Shown: positions 13,501-25,955 of the stretch, in pieces
Numbering within the stretch: position 1 is the stretch's first letter
Layout of the letters: every line of letters starts with the position of its first letter
From: Tubiluchus corallicola
Lineage: Eukaryota; Animalia; Priapulida
NCBI GenBank assembly: GCA_030141605.1
Contig: JAQGDQ010001189.1
Span: 1-56,583 of the forward strand
Direction of reading: 5' to 3'
DNA: 56,583 nt
The notes under the pieces: generated by a model
What the model saw: only the letters and a program-made list of their open reading frames with translations
Database searches by the model: none
What the model was told of the DNA's origin: nothing
Program-made: the position numbers and the translations under genes

Positions 13501-14074
13501 GATTATCTAGCAGATCTAGCAGAAGTGTAATAATTTCTTAAGCAGAAAATTTCATGCTTAGCCACAATGCATTGTTGGAACTGTTGTCCTGGGTTGGGTG
13601 TCCGAGTGGTTTAGAGTTCAGAATGCAGCTATCTCTCATCTTGCATTTTAGACTAGCTATTGACAAAGCCGGGGCATCTACCCTATATGTTATTTGCATG
13701 TTGCGTCCTTACCTATATTGTTGTAAGTGTAAGTCACAAAGTCGCTCTTAGTGCTAATGTTGTCTGTTAAAAGAGCAACGGTAAATAAATGTTGTCTTGC
13801 TAACTTTTTTCTTTGACAAAGATACGAAATGCAGAACATTAACGTCAAGATGAACAACACAATAGTTTGTATGTAGGTGTACATAGTATGTATGCCCAAT
13901 TCCTATTGGGTATCATAAAGCTAAAAACGACTGAAAATCGTTAAATTCACAAACTACAAAGAATTTCCGTTAAACTGGACTCACATTCATAACAGCTGGC
14001 TGAGAGGCAACATCTGGCTTCAATATTGCTAGGGTCAGCTGCAGCCTTGAAAGGCATCGCATTGACAGCCTCAT
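4510..14074 (-). CDS. NME6: Nucleoside diphosphate kinase 6-like (group II NDPK), 6 coding exons, 188 aa
   Basis: Minus-strand exons 13985-14074, 10185-10287, 8390-8429, 6825-6908, 4948-5030 and 4510-4676 are all GT-AG, phase-compatible and total 567 nt. Translation: MRLSMRCLSRLQLTLAILKPDVASQPAVMN/QIRQIILENKFYFIRTKVLALATTQAEKFYEEHKG/KFFFDELVSFMTS/GKISTHVLAKENSIAEWRALMGPTNPKE/AKEKAPQSLRGQFGSQVNMTQNAVHGSD/STESALREIGVFFPEFNVTQWHANEEMDFRNGRVTFDPERFEHVLVEEKVKVGI. It has the NDPK motifs KPD, WRxLMGPT and NxxHGSD; LQLTLA and the REIxxFFPxF..W tail are NME6-type. Confidence 0.93.
7603..7775 (+). repeat. Imperfect tandem duplication of about 80-90 bp
   Basis: CAAAA..TTAGCARATGACCATAT...AATTATGC..TAACC..AAATTYACT.TTTGGTG occurs twice. 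Confidence 0.7.
8034..8097 (+). mobile_element. Degenerate 5S rRNA-like fragment (5S-derived SINE remnant or pseudogene)
   Basis: GATCACGGCGAAGTTGATCACGGCTGGGTATGGTTAGTAAAAGGATGGGTGA resembles the 5S internal control region (GAAGCTAAGC...TGGTTAGTACTTGGATGGGAGA). No 5S 5' end is present. A more decayed look-alike lies near 22913-22957. Confidence 0.45.
9158..10152. mobile_element. Non-autonomous hAT-like DNA transposon in NME6 intron 2
   Basis: Left end TAGGGATGCACTGA (9158); right end TCGGTGCATTCCTA occurs twice (10120-10133, 10139-10152); many subterminal TTCGG(T) motifs at both ends; no clean TSD found. Confidence 0.6.
12788..12929. other. Multi-hairpin structured element in NME6 intron 1, overlapping a candidate 130-nt stop-containing cassette exon (12795-12924, minus)
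   Basis: Complementary pairs: 12788-95/12838-45 (8 bp), 12807-12/12821-26, 12843-48/12924-29, 12851-61/12895-905 (imperfect), 12860-65/12872-77, 12877-82/12889-94 and 12907-12/12919-24. Minus-strand CAG acceptor at 12925-27 and GTAAGT donor at 12789-94. Function unknown. Confidence 0.45.
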
Positions 14075-15215
14075 GTTGATGAAATCAGGACACAAAAGTA
14101 GCAAGTAAAATTCAGAAATAAATTAATATGCAGCTTCACGTACAACCTAGAAAGTTATAGAAATGACTCTATAAATGAAATAAAGTATTAATGAAATAAA
14201 TAACTTTTCACAAATTTCCAAGTTACGTTTTTCAATAACAGCTGAATAAGAAAGCTGCAGTGTGACAGGTACCACCAAGAACTTTGCTCGAGCTCTCATA
14301 ATTACCACTAAAAGAATTGTCTTGAAATGACCAGCTGAGAAAATATACACGATTATAACAGCTTTATTTTTAAGTTTACTGCAATCGAATTCCAAAACGT
14401 TAATTATCATTTTATAAAGTTATAGTTAACGTTTTGATGCAAATTACAATGATGAACAGGTCGACTTGCTGTACGTGAAAAGTTGGTTCAATACTGTCAA
14501 GTAAACTACTCGGCTTACGTGTATACAACAAAAGCAAATAAGTGCATAACTGTAGCTTCCTTACCAAGGTAACAATGCCCAAGTTTTAACTACCAAACCG
14601 ATGAGTCATTTATAACAATCTCGAATATAATATATAATGTGAAAATTTTTGTTACACAAAACAAGGGTAAACAACAGTAATAAAGGGCACTGCTAACCAG
14701 TCACATAAAGCTCAAACATCGAACTGTCAGTAAAACTTTCTTGTTTTCACTTTTGACTTGTCGGCACATTTCAATATTGCACATTTCCGTGTTGCTGCGC
14801 CATCTGTTGGCGATTTCTGTACATAAGGTAAATCGATAATATGAATACTGTTTTGCCAAACTTATTAAAACAAGCTTTCTTCGCAGAAATATGCACAAAA
14901 TGAAGCTAAACTTAAGAACTGCACTTCGAGTATTACTCTGTATAAGCTCTTTCGTCAGTTTTCGTTTGAAAAATTATTCTGAATGACGTCATCAAAATTT
15001 GTTATGTACATTAGTTACCGCATAAGCGCTTAATCAGTTCTCAAGTACAAGTTTTGAATAAACTAAAAGATAGAACTTTTATTGTCGTTTGCAGGAGTAA
15101 TCGTGTACTGTGCAGAATGATGTGGTATTTTTGACGCACAGTTTAGACCTGACTTTAGATCTTAATTTTTGTATAACATGTTTAGAATTACCTATTGATA
15201 GAGTTAACAGCAAAT
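14075..15215. promoter_or_regulatory. Probable bidirectional promoter/5' UTR region between NME6 and the PKA-RII-like gene, with a palindromic CRE
   Basis: Divergent start codons 1.14 kb apart; ATGACGTCAT at 14983-14992; X-box-like CTTACCAAGGTAAC at 14560-14573. Confidence 0.5.
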
Positions 15216-18200
15216 ATGTATGATCTTCCTCGAGGTCTACCTAATCTGTTAGAGGCATTCACGATGGCTGTGTTACGCGAAGAGCCAGTCGATGTAGTGG
15301 ACTTTGCAGTTATATATTTTACAAATCTCTATGAAGAAATGAAAAGAAGTGAAGAAAAAGACACCAATAGACAAAAAACAAACTTTGCAACTGGTCCTTT
15401 TCACTATGCAGATTTTGCAGATGGTTTGGGTGAGATGACAGATAAATTTATGCATCATTGTTTTGTTAATTGGTGCATCATTAATGCATGCACCTATCTG
15501 AAATTTGATACAATTAGTTCATAAGCATTCATAGCTAGTACTAGTACTAGTAGTAGTAATAATAGTCGGTATTTACTGCCTTGCTGAATGTCAGTACTTT
15601 AATTTCAGAACCTGACCAGGCAAACTGGTTTCCGAAATCCCCTTCAGCGGCTTCCCATCTTTCAGCTGCAAGTTTTAAGGCAAGTTATTTAGCGTTTTTA
15701 ATGAACGAATATTAAGCTGTATTATAAACACAGTTTTGCAGTTATGAAGTTTTATACCTTACCTTGTCCAAGAATGCCTTATCCAAACAAATAAGGACCT
15801 AGATGGTAACCATCTATAAACGGTCGTCTCTCATATGTCTTTTGAAATTGTCAACTAATAAAACACTGATGGTTGATGATGAAAGATGATTCCATGGTTG
15901 AACTACGCGATGCCCAAAGTAGTGTGATCTGATGTTGGTTCTAGCTGGTTGCACAAATAACTTAGACTCATGAACCATGACTCTGTGAGGTCTTGGAAAA
16001 AGATCTGTCTCAGTCAGAACAGTATTTCCACTAACTATTTTGAAGCATTTCACAAGGTCTACAGTCTCACGCTTTTGCTCGAGAGTAGAAATTGAAGTGG
16101 GATTCAAATCAATAGCAAGACGAGTACATCTATCCTGAGTTCTTTCGAGAGCATTCTTGAGAGTAGCATACTGGGGTGACCATACAACTGACACATATTC
16201 CAGAATGGGTTGAACAACAGCTTTATAGAGAGGAATAATTACAGCTGCATTTCTCGATATCACACACTGCTTAATAATGCCAATATGACGGTTTGCTTTT
16301 GTAATGATTGATTCACATGGGAATTCCATTTGAGGTCATAAGAAATCATTACGCCCGAGTCTCTAATACAACTTTTTTCAGCTTTTGAGCATTATTTAGA
16401 TAGTAAGGTGTAATAGATTTAGGGCATATTCTAAGTAAATTACATTTACTGGGTTTAAGTGTCAGCAACCATTTACTGCACCAGTCTAAAATTTCGTCCA
16501 AGTCATGTTGTAAAATATAATATATTCGAGAAAATTACAAAAATTCAATTACACAATGCAAACTTGGGTACTTCTCACACACCAGTGAAGGATAATAAGC
16601 AAGGCATCTTTTAAATCATTAATAGTTATACCTACTTTTGGAAAAAACTGAATTGTCATAGACTAGACTAATATCATGTTTTTAGTGTCCACTGCTACTG
16701 GAGTTTGCAACTATCTTCAGCTAGAGTATCTTTGTATACAGTATATGGTAGCTTGCTGCCATCTGTCAGATTTTATTATTGTTGCAATACATAATTAGAG
16801 TTCTCTCATATTAAATGGGAAATTTTGTTCAAATGTTTCAAATACTTCAGTAACAAACAAGTAATAATTTTGAAATATTTGTGTTCAAGTTAAAAAGTTA
16901 TGAATTGAATGTTTTTAAATAGTGTGACGTTGACTTCTTTTGTACCAAAAACTGTATCAGTCGTTAAATCGAAATATAAAAGGTTTATTTTAAATCTTTA
17001 TATTTAAACAGCTAATTTTAAAAATAAGATCGTTGGTGACAACTGTGTAATGTTTCCTTTTAACAAATAGCAATTTTTAATGTTTGGATAGTAGCTTACA
17101 AAAATACTAACCACTAACAACTGGAAACTATTGCTATTTAATATATTATAAAAATACTTATGGGTGGCCTGTTATAAGCTATAGCTTCTTAGCTCTCCTT
17201 GCATTAATATTTTTTACAACAGTGATAATTTTTCATTTCATTGTTTTTTTTAATAATTATATGTTGTACTTCAAATTTATGTATCAGCTAATGTGATAAA
17301 TCAATAAATTATTTTTTTTAATTTGAAATTTAATTTTGAATTTAATTCTATAGGTAAAATGGAGAATTTCCGCTGATTTAAAATTAATGTAACAATTATT
17401 TGCAAAGTGATGACTTTGCAAGTAAATCTGGTAAGTGGTACCAATGTTTATGAACTTATTTTCAGGTAGTATACCCAAAAACTTCACTGCAAAAAGAAGC
17501 ACTCAGATACGCATTGAAGGATATTACGATCTTTCAAACATTGAGCTTGGTAAGAAAAAATTTTAGATTTCTGGCAAATTTACTAAATGTTTACAGATTT
17601 ACAATGTTTACTGACTAACTGATGAGTTTAAAACATTAGGATTTGGAAAGGATGAAAAAGTCAAGGAAAGATGGTTGTTGTTAACACTGTCAATGTGAGA
17701 CTGTAATTCAAAGAGTTTATCTTTTCCTTGGCCCAGCAGCTACTGTTTTGTCATTTATACACCAAGTTACTATTCTGGTGTATCTATAATATAGAAATGA
17801 TTATCCAGAGCCACCGGTTGTTAAGCACTTACTATACACACTGGTCGCCTTTACCCAAAATGATAATGATGATTTATTATGATAATGATGATGGCAACAA
17901 CAAAATAATGGATAAAACAATTGACTTAGTAGGTATTTTTTTTGCTTTGTGTTGTAATATTTCAATTTAGAGCTTTTCTGAATAAAGTTTCTCAGACAGT
18001 GTGTACTTATTAAGTAATAACTAGTGTATTATTTTGTAGGAACAGCAGCATGATGTTATTGATGCCATGTTCACGAGATATGTAAAAGCTGATGAACAAG
18101 TGATCAAAGAAGGTGATAAAGGAGAGACATTTTACGTCATCGAAAGGTAAATTATATACCATCACACTTTTCTATATAATTTTTTAGAACTATATATTGG

Positions 18201-21200
18201 CAAAATATATGGTTTACTGTTAGCTGTGTGCAGACCATCTAGGCCTATGGTATTAGTGATTCAGTCATTTGGTTGGGATGATTTAGGACATTCATTCTGA
18301 ATTGTCACATACTGTTGTTTTTTTAACCACTTCTTACTTCATGCTCTGTGTTTTTCATGGAAATTAATTGATTTGTGAACAGATATTGTTCAATTGGAGC
18401 TTGCTTTCGAACTTTTTATTTATATCCAATAAATTAACGTTGTTGGCGTTGGCCGCCTTCAGAAGTTTTTGCTTCTAGCGGTTCCTATTCTATCTACGTA
18501 AAGCGAGATGGCGAAATGAAGGCTGTGGGATCGTACGAGGGAGAAGGCAATTTTGGAGAGCTGGCGCTGAGATACCATGTACCTTATGCTGCTACCGTTG
18601 TTGCAAGAACTGATGGGCAACTTTGGGGATTGGTAAGACATCTAGTAATGTTGAATTATTCTTCAACAGTAAATAGGTTCACTATATTTGTATTAAACTG
18701 CTACCTTTCTAAATGGCTAATAAACTTACTGCATCATGGATGGCACTATTTTCTCATGGTATTACCATCTCCTACATACCTTACAGCAAGCATTACTTGT
18801 ATGTATAGTTTGAAATTAACAAATAAAGTAAAAGTATTGAAATAGGATACATTTATGATCTTTAATACCGTTTTGTATTCAGGATCGACAGACATTTCGT
18901 CAGATACTACTTAGAAAGAAGTTTCAAAAGCACAAACGATACGAAACCATTCTGGAAAGCATACCGATGCTACAGGTGCTAAAGGTATTCACCTGACTTA
19001 AAACTGACGAAACACTTTCTCCTCGTTGCTTGTTTCAAATATAATTCACAGTGAATGTATTGATATGCTGGTATGTTGATATGTAATGATTTAGTTTTCT
19101 GCACTATAGCTGGTCTCTATTTTATCAGTTGATTACACAGTTGTAGCCAATTCTGTGGTTAGTCGATTTCCTTAGCTACAGACAGAATGCAGTGTATCCC
19201 AGGGGACATTAATAAGATTGTCTGAATGCCTCCTACATTAATTCGATGAATTCCTGGTATGTGCAAGAATTTTTTTGCCACTTTGGGTGCCAGATGGTTT
19301 TGTTTGAAGTTAGCCTTGCACCCCTATTACATTATCTCATACTGAGTCATATACTGCTTAAATCATCTCTGATATGGAGCAACTTAGTAGGTATAATATT
19401 AATGTAACATTACCTATTCTTAGTGCATGTTTTTTGTGAATTATTCAGCTAGACCTTTTTATAAACTCGCAAGCTACTTCTCATTTTGCAGCCGTGTGAA
19501 CGAGTAGAGCTTACAAACGCCTTACAGTGCCGAGACGTTGAAGATGGGCAATTTATTTATAGACAGGTAGGCCTTTTGTCATTACCCCAATGTGGTTGTT
19601 ATGGAAGTTGAGTACTGTCACAATTTGTGTTCCCATTCTGCTGCTTTTTGTTAGTATACATAAATTTTTTGGTGTTTATATTTCTTCAAAAACAAGACAC
19701 CTGTTTTTTAGTAGGCCTACAGTGTAATGTATTTTGGAAATTTACAAGATACTGTGTAGCTATAGAATTTTTTATTTCAAGAATAACTGATAGTTGCATA
19801 ACAGCCCACAATTTTATCTATAAAAGATTTTATTGTAAACGCCTTTTCGAGAACTCAGTTATTCTTTTGTTCAGATCTGAATAAGAGAATAAGGTTGTTT
19901 GAAGAGGAGCACTAGCATGTTCTCAAAACATCAGCGGTTACAACAAAATTTCCTTTAAGTAATATCATGGGGATTTTACGTAAAACTACAGTAGTTATGC
20001 TACCTTTGTGATGAATAGCATTTTGTTTTTTAAGACCTGTTTTCTGTGCATTAGCAGTTGTATTCATCAAATCTTGTTCTTGTTTCTTGTTTCAAAACCA
20101 ACAGTGGTTATTACTATTCACTTCATTCATTTATTTAACCCCTAATTAATGTTATCTTATGTGACCACACATGAAATTGTCCCTTTTAATTTAAAACTGT
20201 TGACACAGTTTGGCTTGTTAACTTCATTTCGGATTATGTATTTCACGATAATTAAACCTACACACTTCTTGTTATGTTTATAAACTTTTAGTGCGTTTTT
20301 AAAACTTAGCTGATTCTAGTTTCATGTTTCATGCAACCTAGGTGACAAAAACTAATATTGTATATGCTTACAAGCTTTGCATAGTCTTTTAACAGCAAAC
20401 ATCGCTTAAAAACACAATTTTCTTGAAAGACATCTGCTAAATGTATCAACTACCTTGAAAGACAACTGTCATATGCGAGTGCTGCAAACCAGCTGCTTAG
20501 TATATTACTGAACATTCTAGCTATAAATTCCATCAGAACTGAATCATATCTAAAAAAGGAATCAATTGAATTAAAAGCTTTTGTAAAGTCAAAAAGCAGA
20601 CCAAAACATATACTGGCTTTGATTTTTACATTTTGACAACAAACTACTTTTTAAACAGTAAAAACATTGGAAGTTACGTTTAGCTTCAAAATGAAATATT
20701 TCATTGATACCTGATCTTGACACACTATGTTTTATTTCCACAGGGTGATATACCAAATGGCATGTTTTTCATTGAGAGTGGAAAAGTTGTGATTTCCATC
20801 AAGGATATGGTACAAACTTTGCTTTTAATTTCTTGTAACTGCTAAAGTACTTTACGTAGTGGTTATTGTTTACTAGACCTGTAGGTAATGCTGTTTTGCA
20901 CGGTTTGTGTAGTCTGTGAAATTGTTACAAAATTTATTGATATAATGTAAGTAAATAATAGCAGTATTGAGCATATTGCTCTACCTATACATTATTTATC
21001 GGTTTTCATATGGATAAATTTTATATATATATCCTATATGCTGTGCAGTTTTTGTTATAGTATGGTAAGTGCACATTGTAATATACAATATAATACATGA
21101 CTTTTAAATGAGTGCATTATTCATAGTTGTAATGTAACATTTAAGTGGATGTATGTTTCGTAGTTTTGGTTTGTTTCTTATCTGTATTGCCTACACAGAT

Positions 21201-24200
21201 GTTTTTGTAATTTCTACGGTATTAACATCTTTTGTAGAATAATGCTGAAGTTGATGTAAATGTATTGGACACAGGTGCTTATTTTGGACGTAAGTTGCAT
21301 TTTCTTAGATATAAATATAGTCACCAACCATTTTTATTAAATAAAGCAGTATGGGCTTTTAAAGGACCCGGAATTGCGAGCAACATTCACAAATTCATAA
21401 CAGGGGTGGAGATTTCTAACCTCAAAAGTTAGAGTGTGGCACTCACTTAGTTGATTGTTGAATATTAACTGCAGGTCTTATTGGGCATTTTGCTGGGTCA
21501 GATTTCGTGCAAAAGGTCTATACAACTCAAAGGAACAGAAAGTCACCTATGAGGGGTGATCAAAACATTCATATTGGGGAGGTTCAAGACCTTTCATATC
21601 TAGGTCTTACTGAACTAGAATGTAAGCACTAACGTTCTTGTACCTGGTATGCCCTTCTTGTCTGTTTCTTATAAAGTTAGTGGATTCCAATGACTGTTAT
21701 ATGATTGTCATGGCATCTGCATTTGGATCCGAACAAAGTGCGGAATCCCTGAAACATGGTCATGTTGTTATTATTGGTGTTGTCACATTTATCTTTGAAA
21801 GCTGTCACAGACAAAAGTTTTCATCACACCAAACTGAAATTCTGCAAGAAGATACTACAGATTATTGTACGGATTGTAATTGAACCTGATCCCAATGCAA
21901 TTTTATCTCTTCCAATGCAGCCATGTGTATGCCTCTTTAAATATATCATGCCCGTTAAATGGATCCGTCCTGTGCATTGTCACATTGTTGGAGTTTCTTG
22001 CATACTAAGGTATAAATGATTCTGTTCCAGCAATATGTTTTCTAAATTCTTACAAAACAACAGATTCTATGATAACGGTACGACGATTTTCATGATTTCA
22101 TCCATGAATGATATCCGTGCTTTTTTATGAAAATCATTAACTTTACAAAAAATGTGCAGGACGTGCCCTATCCAAGCTTAGAGCTTCCAGTCTCGTTTCA
22201 TAAAAATTTAGAATATGCATTGCTGGCGCAGATCTATTTGTACATTAGAATGAAAGAAACTCCTATAATGTAACAATATATAAGGGCGTGTGATTCATTC
22301 AGTGGGTATATCTGAGGGCCAAATTGGGAAACTAAAATCATTTTAAAACCTACTATACAGATTTCAGTCATACACTGCAATTTCCAGCATAGATAGCACT
22401 CTTAAATAGATAACAAGATAAGATAATAGATAAGACGATGCTTTGATAGGTAATTTTTAAAACAGATTACATGTTCAGAATTTTTTGGTAACCTGTAAAA
22501 AGGGGTCTATGTGAAACCTATAAGGCCAACCTGTCCCTGGGTAAAATGGCCGGTCTAGGCCACTCCTTTGCTTCATTCAATTGTAAAGTGAGTTCTAATC
22601 TGGTGTGATTGTTGGTATTTCTAGTATAGTAATTGGCCTTTTTAGTTGGTGGTAAATAATTTCATGATAACAATTTGAATGTAAAGATCTGCACTAGCAG
22701 TAATACACGTCTTTTGCTTTTTGATATTGTGACTGTCACTAATAAAATACAACTTTCTCCTTTTAGAGATGGCACTTATCAATCAGAGTCTTCGGGCAGA
22801 ATCTGCAAAAGCAGTCGGCCAAGTGGAACTAGCTTGTAAGTTGTTATTCCAATGAAATTAATTATTAACTTATTTGGTTGAAGGGAATAGGTGGGTGATC
22901 ATGCGCTTGGCTGTAGAAGTTAGTCAGTGTACGTTCTGTTTAGTAAATGGATAGACAAACACCGAACCGCATAAACACCCTCTGGACAATTTCAACTGCC
23001 ATTTTGTTTCTTCTGGCTGTTCTTTTATTGGAGGAACAAGATACCTCGCCTGATTCACCTTAAAAGGTTACTTTTAATTTAGGTTATATTTTAGTAATGA
23101 AAAAGAATCTGATTGTTCCACAACCATTCAAAATTAGTAGTTAGGAATTGCAGCAGTTGGCGTTGCATTCCAGCTTGCAGCGTGATTACTGGACTCTATG
23201 TTCGTCTGTTATTATTATAATTGGTACTGTAACAGTGTCATTAATTATTATTAATATTTATTATTATAATGTCACTCGTGCAGTAATACACACAAAAATT
23301 TACACTGTGTTTAATGAACACAAGCAAACAAACAAATGAACAGCAATAATCATTAGTAATTACAATATTTACAGTGTGCATGCGTAATTCAATTTCTGTT
23401 GGTTCATTATTAGAAAGTGAGATATAACATAATCTATCCATAACATAAAATTTCTGTTATCAAATATTTATTTAATTGGCTTCCACTTAACTTTTTATAA
23501 ACTACTTTATAAATGGTTTTATAAATAAAATTATTTATAAACCAGTTTATATGTTTTTGATTTTCTGCTGTTATTCATTAGGTCATCTTCTCTAAGACCA
23601 TATTCAAAATTCAAAGAATATAAGTTTCTTCCAATAACTGTTGTCGTAGACATGTTTCAGTTCATCACCATACACGACAATAACCAATTGCTATCACCAC
23701 AAAATTTATACGGTAATTTTATAATCTGCAGTTTGGTATCTCCACCTGCACAATTAATTGCATTATAGTCACAAAAGAAATGCTTCTTGACTGTAATGTA
23801 AGCAACAATTTATGTAGATGTTATGCCATGCTCAATTATTCATTTTATTAAAATATTACTATAATTATGAAGTCTTATGTATATCATATCGAGTTATATT
23901 GTATTGTGCTTTTGTGTTGTCGTAATAAAATAACAAAACATAAATAACAGATGTAACTGCATTCTCCACACATCGTGACATCACTGAGTGTGCATCACAT
24001 ACTCATGCTCTTGTTGTCCAGACTTTGCTCATTTAACTTTCCACATTTTACTCATTTTAACTTCCACTTTGGTTTTGTGTTGAAAAGAGATGTAGGTTTT
24101 AGTCCAGCTCTAGTGATAGAGAATTTTTGGTGTTTTTTTTGTACCAGGACTAATTATCTGATTTTTGTAGAATTATGTAATATGCATTTAGCTGTTAAGC

Positions 24201-24614
24201 TCACACTCAGCCAGTAATCTAATCGTTTGGCAATCTGCAGTTTGTATTTGCTTTGTCATCATTCTCTTTACTGAGTAATAAGGGCATCGCTTGCTTTCAT
24301 AGATGCGTTTTGTGAAAATGTTGGACAACCACATTCTGGTTGTTATTGCTAGCACATTTCAAGGTACACTGGATTATTGTAACTTTGATTTGCACAATGT
24401 CTTTTCTCCCTTGTAGGATTGGGTGTTAATTTCACGTGGTTTTACTACACATGATTCACATCACTTTTTAGATTTGCCGCCAACAGATTTTGAGAGGCAC
24501 CTGCTTCCGTATGCGGAGGTGTTAAGACGCGGACGAGCACCTTCTAGTGTCAGTGAGGAGCAACTTTCCTGTTGTAACACAATGTCGCCCATGTCTGGAA
24601 GAACGGCACAGTGA
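15216..24614 (+). CDS. Divergent cAMP-dependent protein kinase type II regulatory subunit-like protein (RIIa D/D domain + two degenerate cNMP-binding domains), 11 coding exons, 378 aa
   Basis: Exons 15216-15429, 15609-15679 (GC donor), 17466-17549, 18040-18146, 18479-18632, 18883-18984, 19492-19566, 20744-20809, 21238-21289, 22767-22835 and 24472-24614 total 1137 nt with an open frame. D/D domain [35 protein letters not shown]; then VVYPKT..., [89 protein letters not shown]. Collinear with PRKAR2-type proteins. Exon 2 and the exon 1 donor are the least certain parts. Confidence 0.9.
15810..16515 (-). mobile_element. 5'-truncated CR1/L2-group LINE fragment (RT C-terminal region), frameshifted
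   Basis: ORF 15814-16329 has [27 protein letters not shown] and [15 protein letters not shown]. Upstream frames give [24 protein letters not shown] and [15 protein letters not shown]. It lies antisense in intron 2 of the RII-like gene. Confidence 0.85.
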
Positions 24615-25839
24615 GTCAGTTCCCGGACAATGATTTTTTAACAGTGAGGAAGCTTGCTAGGCTACAGCTGATATACTGCACTTTTATAAGTTTAATATTT
24701 AAGTTGATTTTTTATATTATGAATTTTTATGTGTATTTTCTTTTTTTTATTGTTACTCGTCTCTAATTTTTTTCTGACGTGAAATTTTAGTGGTCTTGAA
24801 AATTTTATAAAAGCCAATTTTATTGCATATTAGTGATATTACTGTATTTGTATGTTTCATCATTATTTATGTTATATTTGACATATGCTGATCTGACATT
24901 TAACTCTGAAGTTATTTGACTTGTTCATTAATAACTTGTGATACAATGATTTATTTTGCCTTAAAAGGGTTGTTAATAATGATTAAACATTTAATTTATT
25001 TTTAGTATTTGTGAATTTTATGTTTATTATTTTTTGCACATTATTTCTGACGAAAATGAATGAAATAATAAAACTAGACTATGTAGAAGTAAGTTCAGGT
25101 AATATTTGAAGGCAATAAGCAATGCATATAGTGTTCAGAATACATAACTATACAAAGTCTTTTTAAAGGGAAGACAGGATGATTTTTCATATACTACCTC
25201 ATTTTCAAGTACAGTAAAAGTACGCATTTTAACACCAATAATACCCAAAAGCATATCTCATAGTTAAATAATAGATTAAAATCATAATTTATGGGGGGGC
25301 AAACCCAATTATTGATTCCATCACAAACAAACAATTTTCAACAGCAAAAATATTCCACAAGCGTGTTGCACATGTTAGCAAAAGTGAAGATTTGAAAAAC
25401 AGTGCTACTGTAAGAGATTCAGTGTTTTGTGCTAAAACTTGGCAAGTTTTAAGATAAAAATTCAAACTTCAAATGTACTGCTCACACATATGTCACAAAC
25501 GAGCACCTATGAACTGAGAGGTACTGTACATGTTTTTTGTGCAACGCAATTCTTAAAGCGGGCGCTAGTGCTCATCTGACTAGCGAATGTATGCTTGTAA
25601 CAGCGAAGAAGTAGTAGTGCAAACGCGAAATTGCGTTTGTGTGGCTGTAATTCGTTCACGTAAGGCATTCTTGAAAAAATAATATCTTTTCTTTCAACAT
25701 TTTGAAGAATAGATTCTTTTCGGCCCAAAGTTTAAGATCGGGTCCGTTTTTCCTTTAACAATTGTTACACGATGGATATTCGATGTTTTCTTGTAGACTT
25801 GGTATTGGTACTGTGCTTGAAATGAATGGCTTGTTGGTT

Positions 25840-25955
25840 AGGGAAAGAGAATTGAAAGAGAAAAGGAGGAAGAGTGAGAGAAAGGCAGAGAGAGAGAGAC
25901 GGAAGGAGAGACAGAAAGGGAGATAGACAGAGAAAGAAAAAAGAGAGAGAAAGAG
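25840..25955 (+). repeat. GA-rich low-complexity tract
   Basis: Purine-rich degenerate (GA)n. Confidence 0.8.

Noticed and set aside
21640-22240. Possible Penelope-like GIY-YIG remnant on the minus strand ([12 protein letters not shown] in different frames)
   Set aside because: Too fragmented by stops and frameshifts to support without a profile search.
24410-24471. Alternative upstream acceptor (CCCTTGTAG) for the last RII-like exon
   Set aside because: Splicing there creates T|GA, an immediate stop; the acceptor at 24471 restores alignment to the RII FER motif.
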